The notes beneath the pieces are model-generated. The model saw only the letters and a list, made by a program, of their open reading frames with translations, was not told where the DNA came from and did not search any database. Of a stretch of 64,000 nucleotides of DNA, positions 47,004-58,286 are shown piece after piece (within the stretch, counting starts at the first letter, position 1; every line of letters starts with the position of its first letter). The DNA comes from an uncultured bacterium (lineage in GTDB: Bacteria > Patescibacteriota > Minisyncoccia > UBA6257 > GWB1-50-10). Position numbers and translations under genes: made by a program. The stretch lies in assembly GCA_903827975.1 (NCBI GenBank), contig CAIKKG010000027.1:5403-69402 (forward strand). The letters are read 5' to 3'.

Positions 47004-48218
47004 ATGGAAAAGTTTAAACTTGTTACATTTTTAGGAATTCGACCCGATTATATTCGGATGTTCAAGATCATTAAATTGCTTGACGAGGGTCAGGAGAAAC
47101 ACAGCTATGAGCATATCTTGGTTCATTCTGGACAGCATTACGACCCCGAACTATTCGGAAATTTTTTGGAAGAATTTAATATTAGAAAACCAGACATTGA
47201 TTTGGGTGTTGGATTAACTTTGAAAGAGAGGGGAGTTTCAAATCATGCATATCAATCAGCACTTCTTTCTGAGCGAACATTCGATATGTTAGAAAAGGTA
47301 AAGCCAAGTGCAGTTTTATATTTGGGAGATACAAATACGGTTCTTTCTTCTGTGGTTGTTGCAAGGTCTGGCTATCCGGTTATTCACGTAGAGGCTGGTG
47401 GTAGAAGCTATGATTGGCGTATGCCTGAGGAAAAAAATAGGATTGTTATTGATCATTTATCTGATGCTCTTTACAGCTACTTACCAAGATATAAAGATAT
47501 TCTCGTTGGCGAGGGTGTAGAAGATTTTCGTATTAAGGTTGTTGGTAATGTAATTGTTGACGCTATAAACGAATACATGGATAAGGTTGATGCGAGCGAT
47601 ATTGTTAATACGCTTGGTGTGATAAATAAAGAATTTATTCTAGTCACTTTGCATAGAGAGGAAAATACAACAAATAAGGAAATTTTTGAAAATAAGTTAA
47701 CCGATATTCTTAGATTTGCTAAAGATAAAAATTTGAAAATAGTATTTCCTGTTATGCCAAGAGTCGCCGCTGCAATAGAGAGGTTTGGGCTGGTGAACCT
47801 ACTCGACAATCCCATTTTTATAAAAACAAAACCACTTGGATTCTTTGATTTCCTAAATTTAGAAAAGAATGCACGACTCATTGTGTCTGACAGTGGAACA
47901 GTTCAAGAGGAGGCACTTATTGTTGGAACACCTTGTGTTATTGCACGTCGTTCGACCGAGCGACCTGAAACTATTAATGTTGGTGCCACTATTCTTGAGG
48001 GTATTGAGGGTCCAAACACGCTTTATGAAAAAATTGGAGAAGCTTTTGATATGAAAATAGGTTGGGATAAAACTATTTTGAATCCCGATGGCGGCAGTCC
48101 AAGTGAGAGGGTGTGTGAAGATATTTTTGCAAAAATTAAGTCGGGGTATTTTTACACGTCTCGAGAGTTTGAGATTATTAAATCAAAAGAAAGCGTGCGA
48201 CAAGCTTATCACAAATGA
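47004..48218 (+). CDS. Non-hydrolysing UDP-N-acetylhexosamine 2-epimerase (WecB/FnlC-like)
   Basis: GIRPD, HSGQHYD, GDTNT, HVEAGGRS, DSGTVQEE. Confidence 0.9.
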   Translation: MEKFKLVTFLGIRPDYIRMFKIIKLLDEGQEKHSYEHILVHSGQHYDPELFGNFLEEFNIRKPDIDLGVGLTLKERGVSNHAYQSALLSERTFDMLEKVKPSAVLYLGDTNTVLSSVVVARSGYPVIHVEAGGRSYDWRMPEEKNRIVIDHLSDALYSYLPRYKDILVGEGVEDFRIKVVGNVIVDAINEYMDKVDASDIVNTLGVINKEFILVTLHREENTTNKEIFENKLTDILRFAKDKNLKIVFPVMPRVAAAIERFGLVNLLDNPIFIKTKPLGFFDFLNLEKNARLIVSDSGTVQEEALIVGTPCVIARRSTERPETINVGATILEGIEGPNTLYEKIGEAFDMKIGWDKTILNPDGGSPSERVCEDIFAKIKSGYFYTSREFEIIKSKESVRQAYHK

Positions 48219-49051
48219 GAAATTTAATACGAAAAATGGTTAAGAATATCATCGTGTCCCTTCCTTACTTGGCGCAGGCTTTTTTAAGTAATGTGCGTAC
48301 TAGTATAAAACTATTGTTCGATAAGGGAATAAGCCCAAATGTATCCAATCAGTCGCCAATACCCAAGGTGACTGTGATTTGCTTAATTTATAAGTCAACG
48401 GGTTATGCCGATTTTGTTTATAAATCTTTCATAAAACACACAAAAGACGCAGAGTTTCTTTTTGTGGCAAACGATGCGACTGAGAAGGTTAAGGAATATC
48501 TAAAGTCTAATAATTTACCACATGTCATTTTTGACAACGAAGACCCTACAGAACACTATCTAAAGCGTGTTTATAGAGCTTATAATTATGGAGTTTCCAT
48601 TGCTCGTGGTGATGTGGTTGTTTTGGTTAATTCTGATATGGCTTTTTCCGATGGTTGGTTAGATAGTCTGGTGAAAAATCTAGATAGAAACAGAATTGTT
48701 TGTTCAAGATTTGTGGAATCAGGCAAGTTGTTGGGCGGCAGACTTGCGATTGTTAAGAATTTTGGTATGTCATATAAGGATTTTAACGATGAGGCATTCC
48801 AGAATTATATAAAAAATAAAAGAAGGCCCGAACTTCACTACGGCGGACAATTTATGCCATGCGCCATTTATAAGGACGTGTTTATGCAAAGCGGTGGGTA
48901 TCCAATAGGAAATCGAAAAGAGGATGATGGTACCGAAACACCAGGCGATATAATTTATTTTTACGAAGTATTGAAACCGATGGGAATTATTCAATACACT
49001 GATTTTAATAGCATTATATATCATATTCAGGAAGGTGAGTTAGATGAATAA
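48215..49051 (+). CDS. Glycosyltransferase, GT2-like
   Basis: YNYGVSIARGDVVVLVNSDMAF. Confidence 0.75.
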   Translation: MRNLIRKMVKNIIVSLPYLAQAFLSNVRTSIKLLFDKGISPNVSNQSPIPKVTVICLIYKSTGYADFVYKSFIKHTKDAEFLFVANDATEKVKEYLKSNNLPHVIFDNEDPTEHYLKRVYRAYNYGVSIARGDVVVLVNSDMAFSDGWLDSLVKNLDRNRIVCSRFVESGKLLGGRLAIVKNFGMSYKDFNDEAFQNYIKNKRRPELHYGGQFMPCAIYKDVFMQSGGYPIGNRKEDDGTETPGDIIYFYEVLKPMGIIQYTDFNSIIYHIQEGELDE

Positions 49052-49077
49052 ATATAATATTGGTATTATATAAAAAA

Positions 49078-49707
49078 ATGAAAAAACTTATTATAGCCCC
49101 ACACATAGATGATGAAGTTCTTGGATGTACAAGCGTGTTAGATAAAGATGCTTTTGTATATTATTGCGGCATTGACGAGAGTAAATTACCATCGGATCCA
49201 GGTCATAGAATTCCAATTGATGAAAGGGTGAAGGAAGTTGAGAAAGTGGCAGCTTTTTTGGGTTTTCAATACAAAATTAACTTTGAAACTAAAGTAAATT
49301 TTTATGTTGAGCAGGAATTAATTGGCGCACTCGAGAATCTTATTAATGAAATCAAGCCTGAGTATATCTATTTACCTCATTTCGGATACAACCAAGATCA
49401 TAGAACCGTATTTAGTGCTGCGCAGGTTGCCTTGCGACCACATGACAAAAACTTTTTTATAAAGAAAGTTTTGGTCTATGAGGCCATTCATGATTTTGCA
49501 TGGTCTTATGATGAGTTGCGTGTAAATTGTTTTGTACCGTTAGATTTGGATAGGAAAATAAAAGCTAACGCCCTGCACGCATCCCAAGTAAGGGGCATGA
49601 GAAGTCCCGAAACCCTTGAGACTCTTGCCCGTTTACGTGGTGTAATGAATGGAATAGATTATGCCGAAGCTTTTAAAATTTTACGATGGGTTGAGAGTCA
49701 CAATTAA
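49078..49707 (+). CDS. PIG-L/LmbE family N-deacetylase
   Basis: APHIDDEVLG, NQDH, HASQ, YAEAF. Confidence 0.88.
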   Translation: MKKLIIAPHIDDEVLGCTSVLDKDAFVYYCGIDESKLPSDPGHRIPIDERVKEVEKVAAFLGFQYKINFETKVNFYVEQELIGALENLINEIKPEYIYLPHFGYNQDHRTVFSAAQVALRPHDKNFFIKKVLVYEAIHDFAWSYDELRVNCFVPLDLDRKIKANALHASQVRGMRSPETLETLARLRGVMNGIDYAEAFKILRWVESHN

Positions 49708-49790
49708 TCAACATTTTTTGAACTTAGTTTTGACTAACGAAAAGTGCTATGATACTTTGCGTAGAGTAACTTATAAAGAGGAAACGAGCT

Positions 49791-50675
49791 ATGGTAGAGA
49801 AAAAAAAGATAGCATTTGTATTGTATCGAGCGTGGGCATATGAAATTTATCAGGAGATTTTGGCCTTTCAAAAAGAAAACCCCAACTTTCTTATTCCAGC
49901 GCTCATTACCACTCCATCCGCAGAGTTTAGTTTTAGTGAATCAAACTCACATATTTATGTGGTGGAGGGCAATGATGGGAATAGTATTGATAAAATATTA
50001 GCCGAGAATGATATAGATGTTGTTTTTTATTATGGGTGGTCTTGGATTGTAAAAGAGCCAACCCTATCCCGATATCTTTGTATGTGTTTGCATCCGTCAC
50101 CACTTCCTAAATACCGCGGTGGCTCACCGATTCAAAATCAGATTATTGCCGGAGAAGTAATATCTGCGGTGTCCGTGTTTAAGATGGGAGTTGGTATTGA
50201 TGATGGGGATGTATATGCACAGGCGTCGATTTCGCTTGAAGGAAGTCTCACAGACATCTTGGGACGCGTCGCAATCACCGGCACAAGAATTACAAAGAGG
50301 TTTATAGAAGATCTCTTAAGTAGTGATCTGGTTTTTATTCCCCAGAACAGCCTTAAGGATAGCCCTCCCCATAAACGGAGAAAGGCGAATGAAAGCGAGA
50401 TTAAATTAAAAGATCTCGCAATTACACCATATATAAAGATTTATAATATGGTGCGGGCGCTTGCCGACCCCTATCCGAATGCATTTATTGTTTTTCCTAT
50501 TAGTGGAAAAACTTTATATATTCAAGAAATTGAAAGGTGTGATGAGGTTTCTATAGATGCACTTGTAATAAATAATGGTTATCAGCAAATAACTGCTAAT
50601 ACCCAGTCGCCTATATATATATGCCTAGTTGATGGATTTGCAAGAATTACTAAATATAGAGTAGAAAAAAACTAA
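49791..50675 (+). CDS. Formyltransferase (FMT family)
   Basis: LHPSPLPKYRGGSP, IDDGD, VRALADPYPNAF. Confidence 0.85.
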   Translation: MVEKKKIAFVLYRAWAYEIYQEILAFQKENPNFLIPALITTPSAEFSFSESNSHIYVVEGNDGNSIDKILAENDIDVVFYYGWSWIVKEPTLSRYLCMCLHPSPLPKYRGGSPIQNQIIAGEVISAVSVFKMGVGIDDGDVYAQASISLEGSLTDILGRVAITGTRITKRFIEDLLSSDLVFIPQNSLKDSPPHKRRKANESEIKLKDLAITPYIKIYNMVRALADPYPNAFIVFPISGKTLYIQEIERCDEVSIDALVINNGYQQITANTQSPIYICLVDGFARITKYRVEKN

Positions 50676-50810
50676 CCCCGCTTAATGCGGGGTTTTATTA
50701 CATTTATGGTAAATATAAACATCAACTATACAATATCTTGCTGAATAGATGGTCAGGCGATATACTACTTAAATCGTGCCCTGTAGCAATAGTGCGCGGA
50801 AAAATCAACT

Positions 50811-52013
50811 ATGCCTGGAAGCTCTGTGTTGGGAAAAGATGTCGTTTTTGACTGGCTTTCCCAAAATGAATCAAATATTAAAGACATATTGGATATTGGG
50901 CCCGGAATGGGTACTTATTTTGATTTGTATAATTCACGATTTCCAAATTCAAGTTGGGATTGTGTAGAAATTTGGGAACCATATTTATATCAGTTTTTTC
51001 TTCATAAGAAATATGAAAATATTTATAATATTGGCGCAAATGAATTCATCCCTTCAAAAAATTATGACCTTGTAATACTGGGAGATGTGTTAGAACACAT
51101 CGATAAGTCAGAGGCAATCAAATTAATAGACGCATTACGAAATTATTGTAAATATTATATTATATCTTTGCCATTGGATGCAGAAACCGGCGTTGGTGCT
51201 GGCACTGGAGACGTGGACTGGGGTAATCCATTCGAACTGCATAGAGCTAAGTGGACCTTTGATGAATTTATTAATATGCATTTTCATGATGAGTTGGTGG
51301 TCAAAAAAAAATATAAAGAATTGGCAGTATTCATTGGGGAAAGTTCTATATATCAAGAAATTAGTACAAAAGTAAGCGGCACAAAAAAATATGAATTTAG
51401 AGGAAGTGCATATAAGTTATACCATGGATACTATCTTCAATTAGCGAGTATTTTTAGGAGAATTAAGAGTAAAATAATTAAAGAGCTTCCAACAATAAAA
51501 AAATATACACCAAAATTTATTAAAACAATTATAAAGAAAGCTAGATATATTATATTTCATCCAATTATTATGATTACAAATCCAGGAAGAAGATTAAACA
51601 TTGGCGCTGGCGTGGATAAACTCCCTGGCTTTCTTCACATAGATTCAGATCCAACAACGGGGCCAGACATTGAGCGAGATATCGAAAAGGGTTTGCCGTT
51701 TGATGATAATTCGGTTGATGAAATCAAGTGTTCCCATGTTTTAGAGCATATCAAGGACTTACTTTTTGTTCTTCGGGAGTTTTACAGAGTTTCAAAAAAT
51801 GGAGCTAAGATAACTATTATAGTTCCTCTTATGGACGCGTCCGATATGACCCATATTAGATTTTTTGATGAGAATACTTTTAGAACGTTGACTGAGTCAG
51901 AATACTGGAATAAGCCATATTACTACGTAGGTAAATATAAAGAGGAGTCTAGGTCTTTTCGACAGTTGAGCACCTGTAGAGATATGACTCTAGTTTTGCG
52001 GGTTATTAAGTAA
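50811..52013 (+). CDS. Protein with two class I SAM methyltransferase domains
   Basis: LDIGPGMG..DVLEHI and LNIGAG..HVLEHI. Confidence 0.8.
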   Translation: MPGSSVLGKDVVFDWLSQNESNIKDILDIGPGMGTYFDLYNSRFPNSSWDCVEIWEPYLYQFFLHKKYENIYNIGANEFIPSKNYDLVILGDVLEHIDKSEAIKLIDALRNYCKYYIISLPLDAETGVGAGTGDVDWGNPFELHRAKWTFDEFINMHFHDELVVKKKYKELAVFIGESSIYQEISTKVSGTKKYEFRGSAYKLYHGYYLQLASIFRRIKSKIIKELPTIKKYTPKFIKTIIKKARYIIFHPIIMITNPGRRLNIGAGVDKLPGFLHIDSDPTTGPDIERDIEKGLPFDDNSVDEIKCSHVLEHIKDLLFVLREFYRVSKNGAKITIIVPLMDASDMTHIRFFDENTFRTLTESEYWNKPYYYVGKYKEESRSFRQLSTCRDMTLVLRVIK

Positions 52014-52023
52014 TCTGTGATTA

Positions 52024-52944
52024 ATGAAAACCTATCTTATTAATGAGGACATACGAGGTATTGTAAGCAATGAAGAAACTGTTTGGTCTGTATTAGCTGA
52101 AAATCTTGATGGAACGAGCGGCGTGGCTCTAAATGACTTAAAAGAAGATTTAACAGCGCTCTTGAATCGTGAAAATCCCGATGTTGTGGTTTGTAATGCA
52201 ATAATGGGAAATTTTTATACTCCAGCTCACACAAAGAGAGTCGTTTTTTTGCAGGACAATTTTTTTGTAATGCAAAAAATACTTCCATGGGACTGGAAGA
52301 GGGTTGTTAGGTCAGTGCTAAATCATTTTAAGGATCCATATGTTACCAAATATAAATTGCAAATTGATGCAATTAATAAGGCTGATAAGGTTGTCGTTGT
52401 CTCTAAAGATATAGCACGCGCTTACGGCTTAACTGATGCAGAAATTATACCCATTGGTACGGATACTAACTTGTTTAAGCCTCTGGACAATAAAGTGGAG
52501 CTTCGAAAAAAATATGGCGTTCCTTTAGAAATGAATATCAAAATATTCATTGGAAGTACTCACGCGGTAAAAGGCTTCGATATTCTAGAGAACGAAATTA
52601 GGAATGACACAAAAAGTTTTTATATCCTCGTACTAAAGGATAAATATCGACCAATGTTAAAATTTAGTAATGTAAAAGTATTTCAGAGAATTGGTCAGGG
52701 TACTCTCGCTGAGTTAATGAACTGTGCTGATCTGTGTGTTGGAAGAAGCAGGGTTGAAACACTTTGGCTCGGACCCATTGAGGCAATGTTTTGTGGTATA
52801 CCAGTCGACGTTACGCCTGTTGGGATTTTTGCTGATTGGAAGCCTGCAAATATAGACCCAAGAAAGGAAGCTTTTGAGTTAGGTTTAGATAGGGAAACAA
52901 TGATTAAACGATGGGGGTCACTTATTAGTAAAATCGTTGAGTAA
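52024..52944 (+). CDS. Glycosyltransferase, GT4-like
   Basis: IPIGTDTNLFKP, KGFD, ETLWLGPIEAMFCGIP. Confidence 0.8.
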   Translation: MKTYLINEDIRGIVSNEETVWSVLAENLDGTSGVALNDLKEDLTALLNRENPDVVVCNAIMGNFYTPAHTKRVVFLQDNFFVMQKILPWDWKRVVRSVLNHFKDPYVTKYKLQIDAINKADKVVVVSKDIARAYGLTDAEIIPIGTDTNLFKPLDNKVELRKKYGVPLEMNIKIFIGSTHAVKGFDILENEIRNDTKSFYILVLKDKYRPMLKFSNVKVFQRIGQGTLAELMNCADLCVGRSRVETLWLGPIEAMFCGIPVDVTPVGIFADWKPANIDPRKEAFELGLDRETMIKRWGSLISKIVE

Positions 52945-53010
52945 TGATTTTAAGCGCTTCACTTTTCCATTGGCATTTGATATCGTTTGGTAAAGAACAA
53001 TATATACATT

Positions 53011-54057
53011 ATGAATGATAAAGAAATAGCTAAAGCAATTAAAGGCAAGACAATTCTTATAACCGGTGGCACTGGGTCCTTTGGAAATGCAGTTGTTGAA
53101 AAGTTGCTACCACTCGGTCCGAAGGAAATAGTAATATTTAGCCGTGACGAGAAAAAACAGTTTGATATGGCAAACAAGTTTGCCGACAAACGAGTAAGGT
53201 TTTTGATTGGAGATGTGCGTGATGCAGGTAGAGTTACTTATATCATGCAGGGGATTGATCTCGTGTTTCACGCCGCTGCCTTAAAGCAGGTTCCTAATTG
53301 TGAATTTTTTCCAATGGAGGCGGTACTTACGAATGTGGTTGGTGCTCATAATGTTATAAGTGCCGCAACTCATCATGGAGTTGAGCGCGTAGTAGTTCTT
53401 TCTACGGATAAGGCTGTTTATCCTATAAATGCTATGGGTTTAACGAAAGCACTCATGGAGCGAGTCATGATTGCTGTTTCACGTGAAAAGCGTAGCAAGA
53501 CAGTGCTATGTGGTACGCGATACGGAAATGTTATGCATACGCGTGGCTCAGTTATTCCTTACTTTGTAGAACTCATGAAGGCTGGGAAACCAATTAAGGT
53601 TACAAATGGTGACATGACGCGATTCATGATGTCACTTCCGGAGTCTGTGGATTTAGTATTATATGCGCTATCGCACGGTAAGGATGGTGAGATGTATGTG
53701 AGAAAAGCACCCGCAGCATCTATGGATAATTTAGCAAAAGCAATGGTTTCTTTGTTTAATTACAAGAATGGCATTGAAGAGGTTGGGGTTCGTTTGGGAG
53801 AAAAAACGCACGAAACGCTTGTTTCAAGTGAAGAAGCAGTACGCGCCGAAGATTGTGGAAAGTATTTTATGGTAAAACCAGCCGTTCCAGGCATGGATAT
53901 TAAAGAATTATATTTTAAGAATAATAAGAAGAATAGAATTATTCCAGTTGAGGGATACACTTCTGCAAATACTGAGCAATTGACCATTGAGGAGATTAAA
54001 AAGTTACTTCTCACACTTCCTGAAATTAGACAGGTATTAAAAGAATTTAAGAAATAG
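53011..54057 (+). CDS. UDP-GlcNAc 4,6-dehydratase/5-epimerase (FnlA/WbjB/CapE-like)
   Basis: GGTGSFG, FSRDEKKQ, HAAALKQVP, STDKAVYPINAMG, RYGNV. Confidence 0.9.
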   Translation: MNDKEIAKAIKGKTILITGGTGSFGNAVVEKLLPLGPKEIVIFSRDEKKQFDMANKFADKRVRFLIGDVRDAGRVTYIMQGIDLVFHAAALKQVPNCEFFPMEAVLTNVVGAHNVISAATHHGVERVVVLSTDKAVYPINAMGLTKALMERVMIAVSREKRSKTVLCGTRYGNVMHTRGSVIPYFVELMKAGKPIKVTNGDMTRFMMSLPESVDLVLYALSHGKDGEMYVRKAPAASMDNLAKAMVSLFNYKNGIEEVGVRLGEKTHETLVSSEEAVRAEDCGKYFMVKPAVPGMDIKELYFKNNKKNRIIPVEGYTSANTEQLTIEEIKKLLLTLPEIRQVLKEFKK

Positions 54058-55324
54058 TAAAAAAATTATTTAGGAGAGTGGACAGAATTAGGGAATTTTT
54101 CTTGGTATCAAAATCAGATAAATATGCTTTTCCTGCATTTTCGATTAATGCGATACTTTCTTTTTTGTTTGTAACTATTGCCTCAATTGCTTGCTTTAAT
54201 TTTTCTGGATTGTGTTCTTCAACTATATAAGCACATTGCTTATTTTTCACGTATTTCACGAGAGCAGTATCGCCAGGTGCGTAGGTAAGTATCGGTTTTC
54301 CAGTGGCAAGATAGTCAGTCAATTTTCCAGGTGTCGCAGTTTGGATTATTTCGGGAGCCTTTGTATTCCAGGAAAGTGGGAGAAATAAAATATCCGCACT
54401 TGCTTGTAGTGCTGGCATTTCTTGTGGTGTCGCGGAATTTATTTTTATTTTATTGTTTTCTATAATTCCAAGTTTGGAAAGATAATCTTTTGGGCTTGGT
54501 GTGTAGATATTGAATGTAATTTCAAAATTCATCTCATTTATAGCCCCAATCATTTCTTTTATTGCTTCAATTTGTGGCCAATAGATGCGTCCTGAAAAAA
54601 GTATTGAGTATGGTGGTGCTGGGTTATACTCTACGGACGTTTTTGAAAGCTCATGTTCTTCTGGAGGAACTGAATTATGAATAACGGCAAACTTTTCGCG
54701 CACAGCTTCCCCGTATCGTTTTATGTAGAGCTCTTTCGTAGTTTCGTTAGTAACAATAATTTTAGAGGCAGAAGCTATGAGTTTTGGCTCATAGTATTTT
54801 GCCAATATGCCTCCGGGAAAAGGGAATAGGTTCCCCAAGTACAGATCATAAAGATGTATAACAAAAGGAATCTTTGTTTTCTTGTGAAGCTTATATGTTC
54901 CAATAAGTGCAGGACCAAAATCCGAAACTCCCATAAGAACCTCTATTTTCTCTTTTTTTATAACCTTTGCGCCCGCTTTTACAATCATCATAATCTGACC
55001 AAAAATTAGCAACGGTCCTAGAATAATCTTGACCAAGCCGATTCGTTTAACGAGGTGGCGCAATTTACTTATGGCGCTTCGCTGATTCGATTCCTTAGTT
55101 AGTTTAGTTCTATCTCTCTGCTCATCACTAACATTTGAATTATCATAAAAGTAATATTTTCCAGGTAACCACTCGCCATGTTTTGCGGAGTAATTATCAA
55201 TTCCATAGTAGCTGGTGAGGATAGAATATGAATCTGTTGGTAGTTGCGAGAATAGAGCATACATATTTTTGGGTCCTCCGATGGATGGCGGTGCCCACGT
55301 TGAGATGATAAGCGTTTTTTTCAT
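54047..55324 (-). CDS. Glycosyltransferase, GT4-like
   Basis: PGKLTDYLATGKPIL, ADILFLP. Confidence 0.8.
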   Translation of the reverse strand: MKKTLIISTWAPPSIGGPKNMYALFSQLPTDSYSILTSYYGIDNYSAKHGEWLPGKYYFYDNSNVSDEQRDRTKLTKESNQRSAISKLRHLVKRIGLVKIILGPLLIFGQIMMIVKAGAKVIKKEKIEVLMGVSDFGPALIGTYKLHKKTKIPFVIHLYDLYLGNLFPFPGGILAKYYEPKLIASASKIIVTNETTKELYIKRYGEAVREKFAVIHNSVPPEEHELSKTSVEYNPAPPYSILFSGRIYWPQIEAIKEMIGAINEMNFEITFNIYTPSPKDYLSKLGIIENNKIKINSATPQEMPALQASADILFLPLSWNTKAPEIIQTATPGKLTDYLATGKPILTYAPGDTALVKYVKNKQCAYIVEEHNPEKLKQAIEAIVTNKKESIALIENAGKAYLSDFDTKKNSLILSTLLNNFFTIS

Positions 55325-55325
55325 A

Positions 55326-56798
55326 TTAGAGTGCTGTTTCTTCCCGCATTTTGAATACCGTTATGATTTGTCTAAATACGTCGTCTTTGAGAGCAGTAAG
55401 AGTTAATATATATATCATTCCTGAAGTTATTATATTTAGTATTACATGAATCCCTAGAGCATTTAGCACGATAGTTACAATGCCCATTATAAGCCCTGCA
55501 ACTAAACTCTTCCAGACATATTTGGCGGTTTTAAAATTATTAATACGCTTCATTGTTCTCCAAATTATTAGAAACGCGACGCCTTGCGAAATGACTGTAG
55601 CAATTGAAGAACCCAATATACCCATTTTTGGAATAAGTAAATAATCTAGTAATGCATTTCCTAATGCCCCGAGTGTTAGGGACGTGATAAGCGTTTTTTG
55701 CTCATTGTAGGCGAATATGGAATTAATAATAATTGCGCCTGGGAATGAAAGAATGATTGTTAATAGAAGCAATGCGAACGCTGGCCCCGCGCTTACATAA
55801 TCACTTCCGAAAAGGAAAAGTAATATTGGAGAGGCAAGTATGGAGCCACCTATAAAGATTGGTATTGCCAGTGATAGTGAGAATGGAACAATTTTTTCCA
55901 TTATTTGTGACACACGCGCATCCTCCTTTTTTGCGAGGCGTGAAATAAGTGGAAATATACTCGTTGCAATCATAGTCGGTATAAGATATGCGAGACCAAC
56001 AATACGAATTGCTACGGAATACCTTCCCACATCATTAGCCCCATTTAACCAACCGATCATAACCGCGTCCGTGTTGGTTGTAATCGCTCCGAGTAATCCC
56101 ATAACCGCAAAAGGAGTTGCCTCTTTAAGTATGTGTAAAGCGTACGACGCATCAAATAAACGCCAGAAATTTCTTAGATAACCCTTTAAAAGAATAAACG
56201 AAAGTATGAATCCTATTCCCGATCCAATCATATACCCAGTCATGAGACTAAGAGCGCTCTTTTTTAGTGCTAGTGCCCCAAACCCGAATAATGTTACAGC
56301 GATACTTGTTGTCAGGTTTATAGCCGCCTCCGTTTCCATTTTTTCTTTTGCTCGTGTAATACTGAAACCGAATTCACGGAGTGCATCAAATGCGATGAGG
56401 AGTGCCGCGAGAATCATTATGTTATTAACCCCTTTAATTGCCGAAAAGAATGGAGAAATGAACGCAACAAGTACGACACTAATTCCCACAAGTATTAATT
56501 TGAGAACAAGTGAAGTGGCCAGATTTTTCTCTAATGTTTTCGGATCTTTTGCAACTTCGCGAGTAAGTATTGGGCCCATACCAACATCTGCAAAAATAGA
56601 AAAGAGAGCTGCAAGGCTTAACGCATATGAAAAAATTCCATAGTCTGTTGTGCCGAGAACCCTGGCTGCGTATATGATAATTATCGCTTTAACGACCCGA
56701 CTAGAAAATGTTCCAATACCAAGCCAGAATGTGTTTTTTGCAACAGTTTGGCTGGCGTGTTTATTTTCGAAAAGGAAGGATTTTATTTTCTTAATCAT
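55326..56798 (-). CDS. wzx: Wzx-type polysaccharide flippase
   Basis: KNTFWL, ARVLGTTDYGIFSY, DAVMIG, VGRYSVA; multi-TM. Confidence 0.88.
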   Translation of the reverse strand: MIKKIKSFLFENKHASQTVAKNTFWLGIGTFSSRVVKAIIIIYAARVLGTTDYGIFSYALSLAALFSIFADVGMGPILTREVAKDPKTLEKNLATSLVLKLILVGISVVLVAFISPFFSAIKGVNNIMILAALLIAFDALREFGFSITRAKEKMETEAAINLTTSIAVTLFGFGALALKKSALSLMTGYMIGSGIGFILSFILLKGYLRNFWRLFDASYALHILKEATPFAVMGLLGAITTNTDAVMIGWLNGANDVGRYSVAIRIVGLAYLIPTMIATSIFPLISRLAKKEDARVSQIMEKIVPFSLSLAIPIFIGGSILASPILLFLFGSDYVSAGPAFALLLLTIILSFPGAIIINSIFAYNEQKTLITSLTLGALGNALLDYLLIPKMGILGSSIATVISQGVAFLIIWRTMKRINNFKTAKYVWKSLVAGLIMGIVTIVLNALGIHVILNIITSGMIYILTLTALKDDVFRQIITVFKMREETAL

Positions 56799-56813
56799 TT
56801 GTGGGGTTTATGC

Positions 56814-58280
56814 TTATGCTTTTATTTTCTGTATAAGAATTTTAGCATCCTGGATGACCGGATCTTTAAGTGTGATAAGTGCTGCGACATATATAAGTAT
56901 CGATAGTAAAACAATCGGCATTATGTGCATGCCAATAGTCATGAACCAGTAGTCTGCAAGTCCCATTACAATAGATGCGATTAGTGGCGTTTTTATGTGA
57001 TAAAAAAGTCTGAATGGAAGAATGCGTTGTGCAAATCGATTCATTATTGAATTGAATCCTGCGGCTACGATTAGTGTGGCTGCGGCACATCCCGCAATTC
57101 CAAACGGAATTATGAGTGCGTAGTCGAGTGCGACATTCATGAGTACAGCCGTTCCAACATAGAGCGCGACATCGCGCTGTTTGTGATTGGCAAGAATAAA
57201 ATTACCGATAAGTGTTCCAGGAAAGACGAATAGAATCGTAGCCATAAATATCTGGAAGGTGAGTGTTGCTGGAAGATATGCGGTTCCAAAGACTGCGCGC
57301 ATGAGCGGTTCTCCAAGCATGATGCCTCCTATCGTTAGCGGAATTGCAACACTAAATAAAATCGCCATACTTTTCTCCATGAGATTTTTCTGTGTCTCCT
57401 CATCCCTTAGCGCGACTGCACGTGAGAGTGCTGTAAATATTGCAGACGCTATAACAGTCGGAATCATATATAAGACCTGAATAATTCTCTGAGCTGCAGA
57501 ATAGAGTCCGATTGCAGTTGAGTTTGTAAGCCAACCGAGCATTACAACGTCGAGACTCAACATGAAAGAACCAAGGAGCCCAATGATTGCAGTTGCCCAG
57601 GCAGCATCCAATATTTCCTTTGCATACTCCATTTTGAAATTCGCAACGATGCGCACAAACTCCTCACGAAGAAGTACGAAGCCCGCAAGTGAGCCGACAA
57701 GTACGCTTCCCACATATGCGTAGGTTATTGCGTATGCAGTTCTCGAGTAGAAGAGAATGCCGACACAAAAAATAGCGATTGCAATATTTGTGAGCATTGT
57801 AATAAATGCTTCGCGCTCCATCTTCTCTTGTGAACGGAAGTAGGCGCTCCAGAAATCTCTTAGGTTATCGAATACTACGATCATAGCTACTAGAGGCATG
57901 AGTGCTGTTGCGCCAGGAATATTAGAGAAGCTTGGTGCTATGAATATAACTGCGAGCGCTGTGAGAATTAATAAGACAACCTTCATCCAGAATGCTGTCG
58001 CGAAATATGCGCGTGCCTGTTCTGGTTTTTGTGCAGCATTGCGCGTGAGTACGGAATTAATGCCAATGTCCGCGAAGAGTGTGAAAAACCCCGCAAGTCC
58101 GATTGCGTAGGAGAACACACCATATTCAGAGGTTCCGAGCATGCGTGCGACGTAGATGATTGCGAATGCGCGGATTGCGCGCCCACCAACCTGACTTAAC
58201 GAAAGCCAGAACGCATTTTTTACGATTGTTTGAGAGGAGGTTTTATTTTCAAGGAGAAGCGACTTAATTCTGCGAATCAT
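56814..58280 (-). CDS. wzx: Wzx-type polysaccharide flippase (tandem paralog)
   Basis: KNAFWL, ARMLGTSEYGVFSY, DVVMLG, IGLYSAA. Confidence 0.88.
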   Translation of the reverse strand: MIRRIKSLLLENKTSSQTIVKNAFWLSLSQVGGRAIRAFAIIYVARMLGTSEYGVFSYAIGLAGFFTLFADIGINSVLTRNAAQKPEQARAYFATAFWMKVVLLILTALAVIFIAPSFSNIPGATALMPLVAMIVVFDNLRDFWSAYFRSQEKMEREAFITMLTNIAIAIFCVGILFYSRTAYAITYAYVGSVLVGSLAGFVLLREEFVRIVANFKMEYAKEILDAAWATAIIGLLGSFMLSLDVVMLGWLTNSTAIGLYSAAQRIIQVLYMIPTVIASAIFTALSRAVALRDEETQKNLMEKSMAILFSVAIPLTIGGIMLGEPLMRAVFGTAYLPATLTFQIFMATILFVFPGTLIGNFILANHKQRDVALYVGTAVLMNVALDYALIIPFGIAGCAAATLIVAAGFNSIMNRFAQRILPFRLFYHIKTPLIASIVMGLADYWFMTIGMHIMPIVLLSILIYVAALITLKDPVIQDAKILIQKIKA

Positions 58281-58286
58281 GCGATT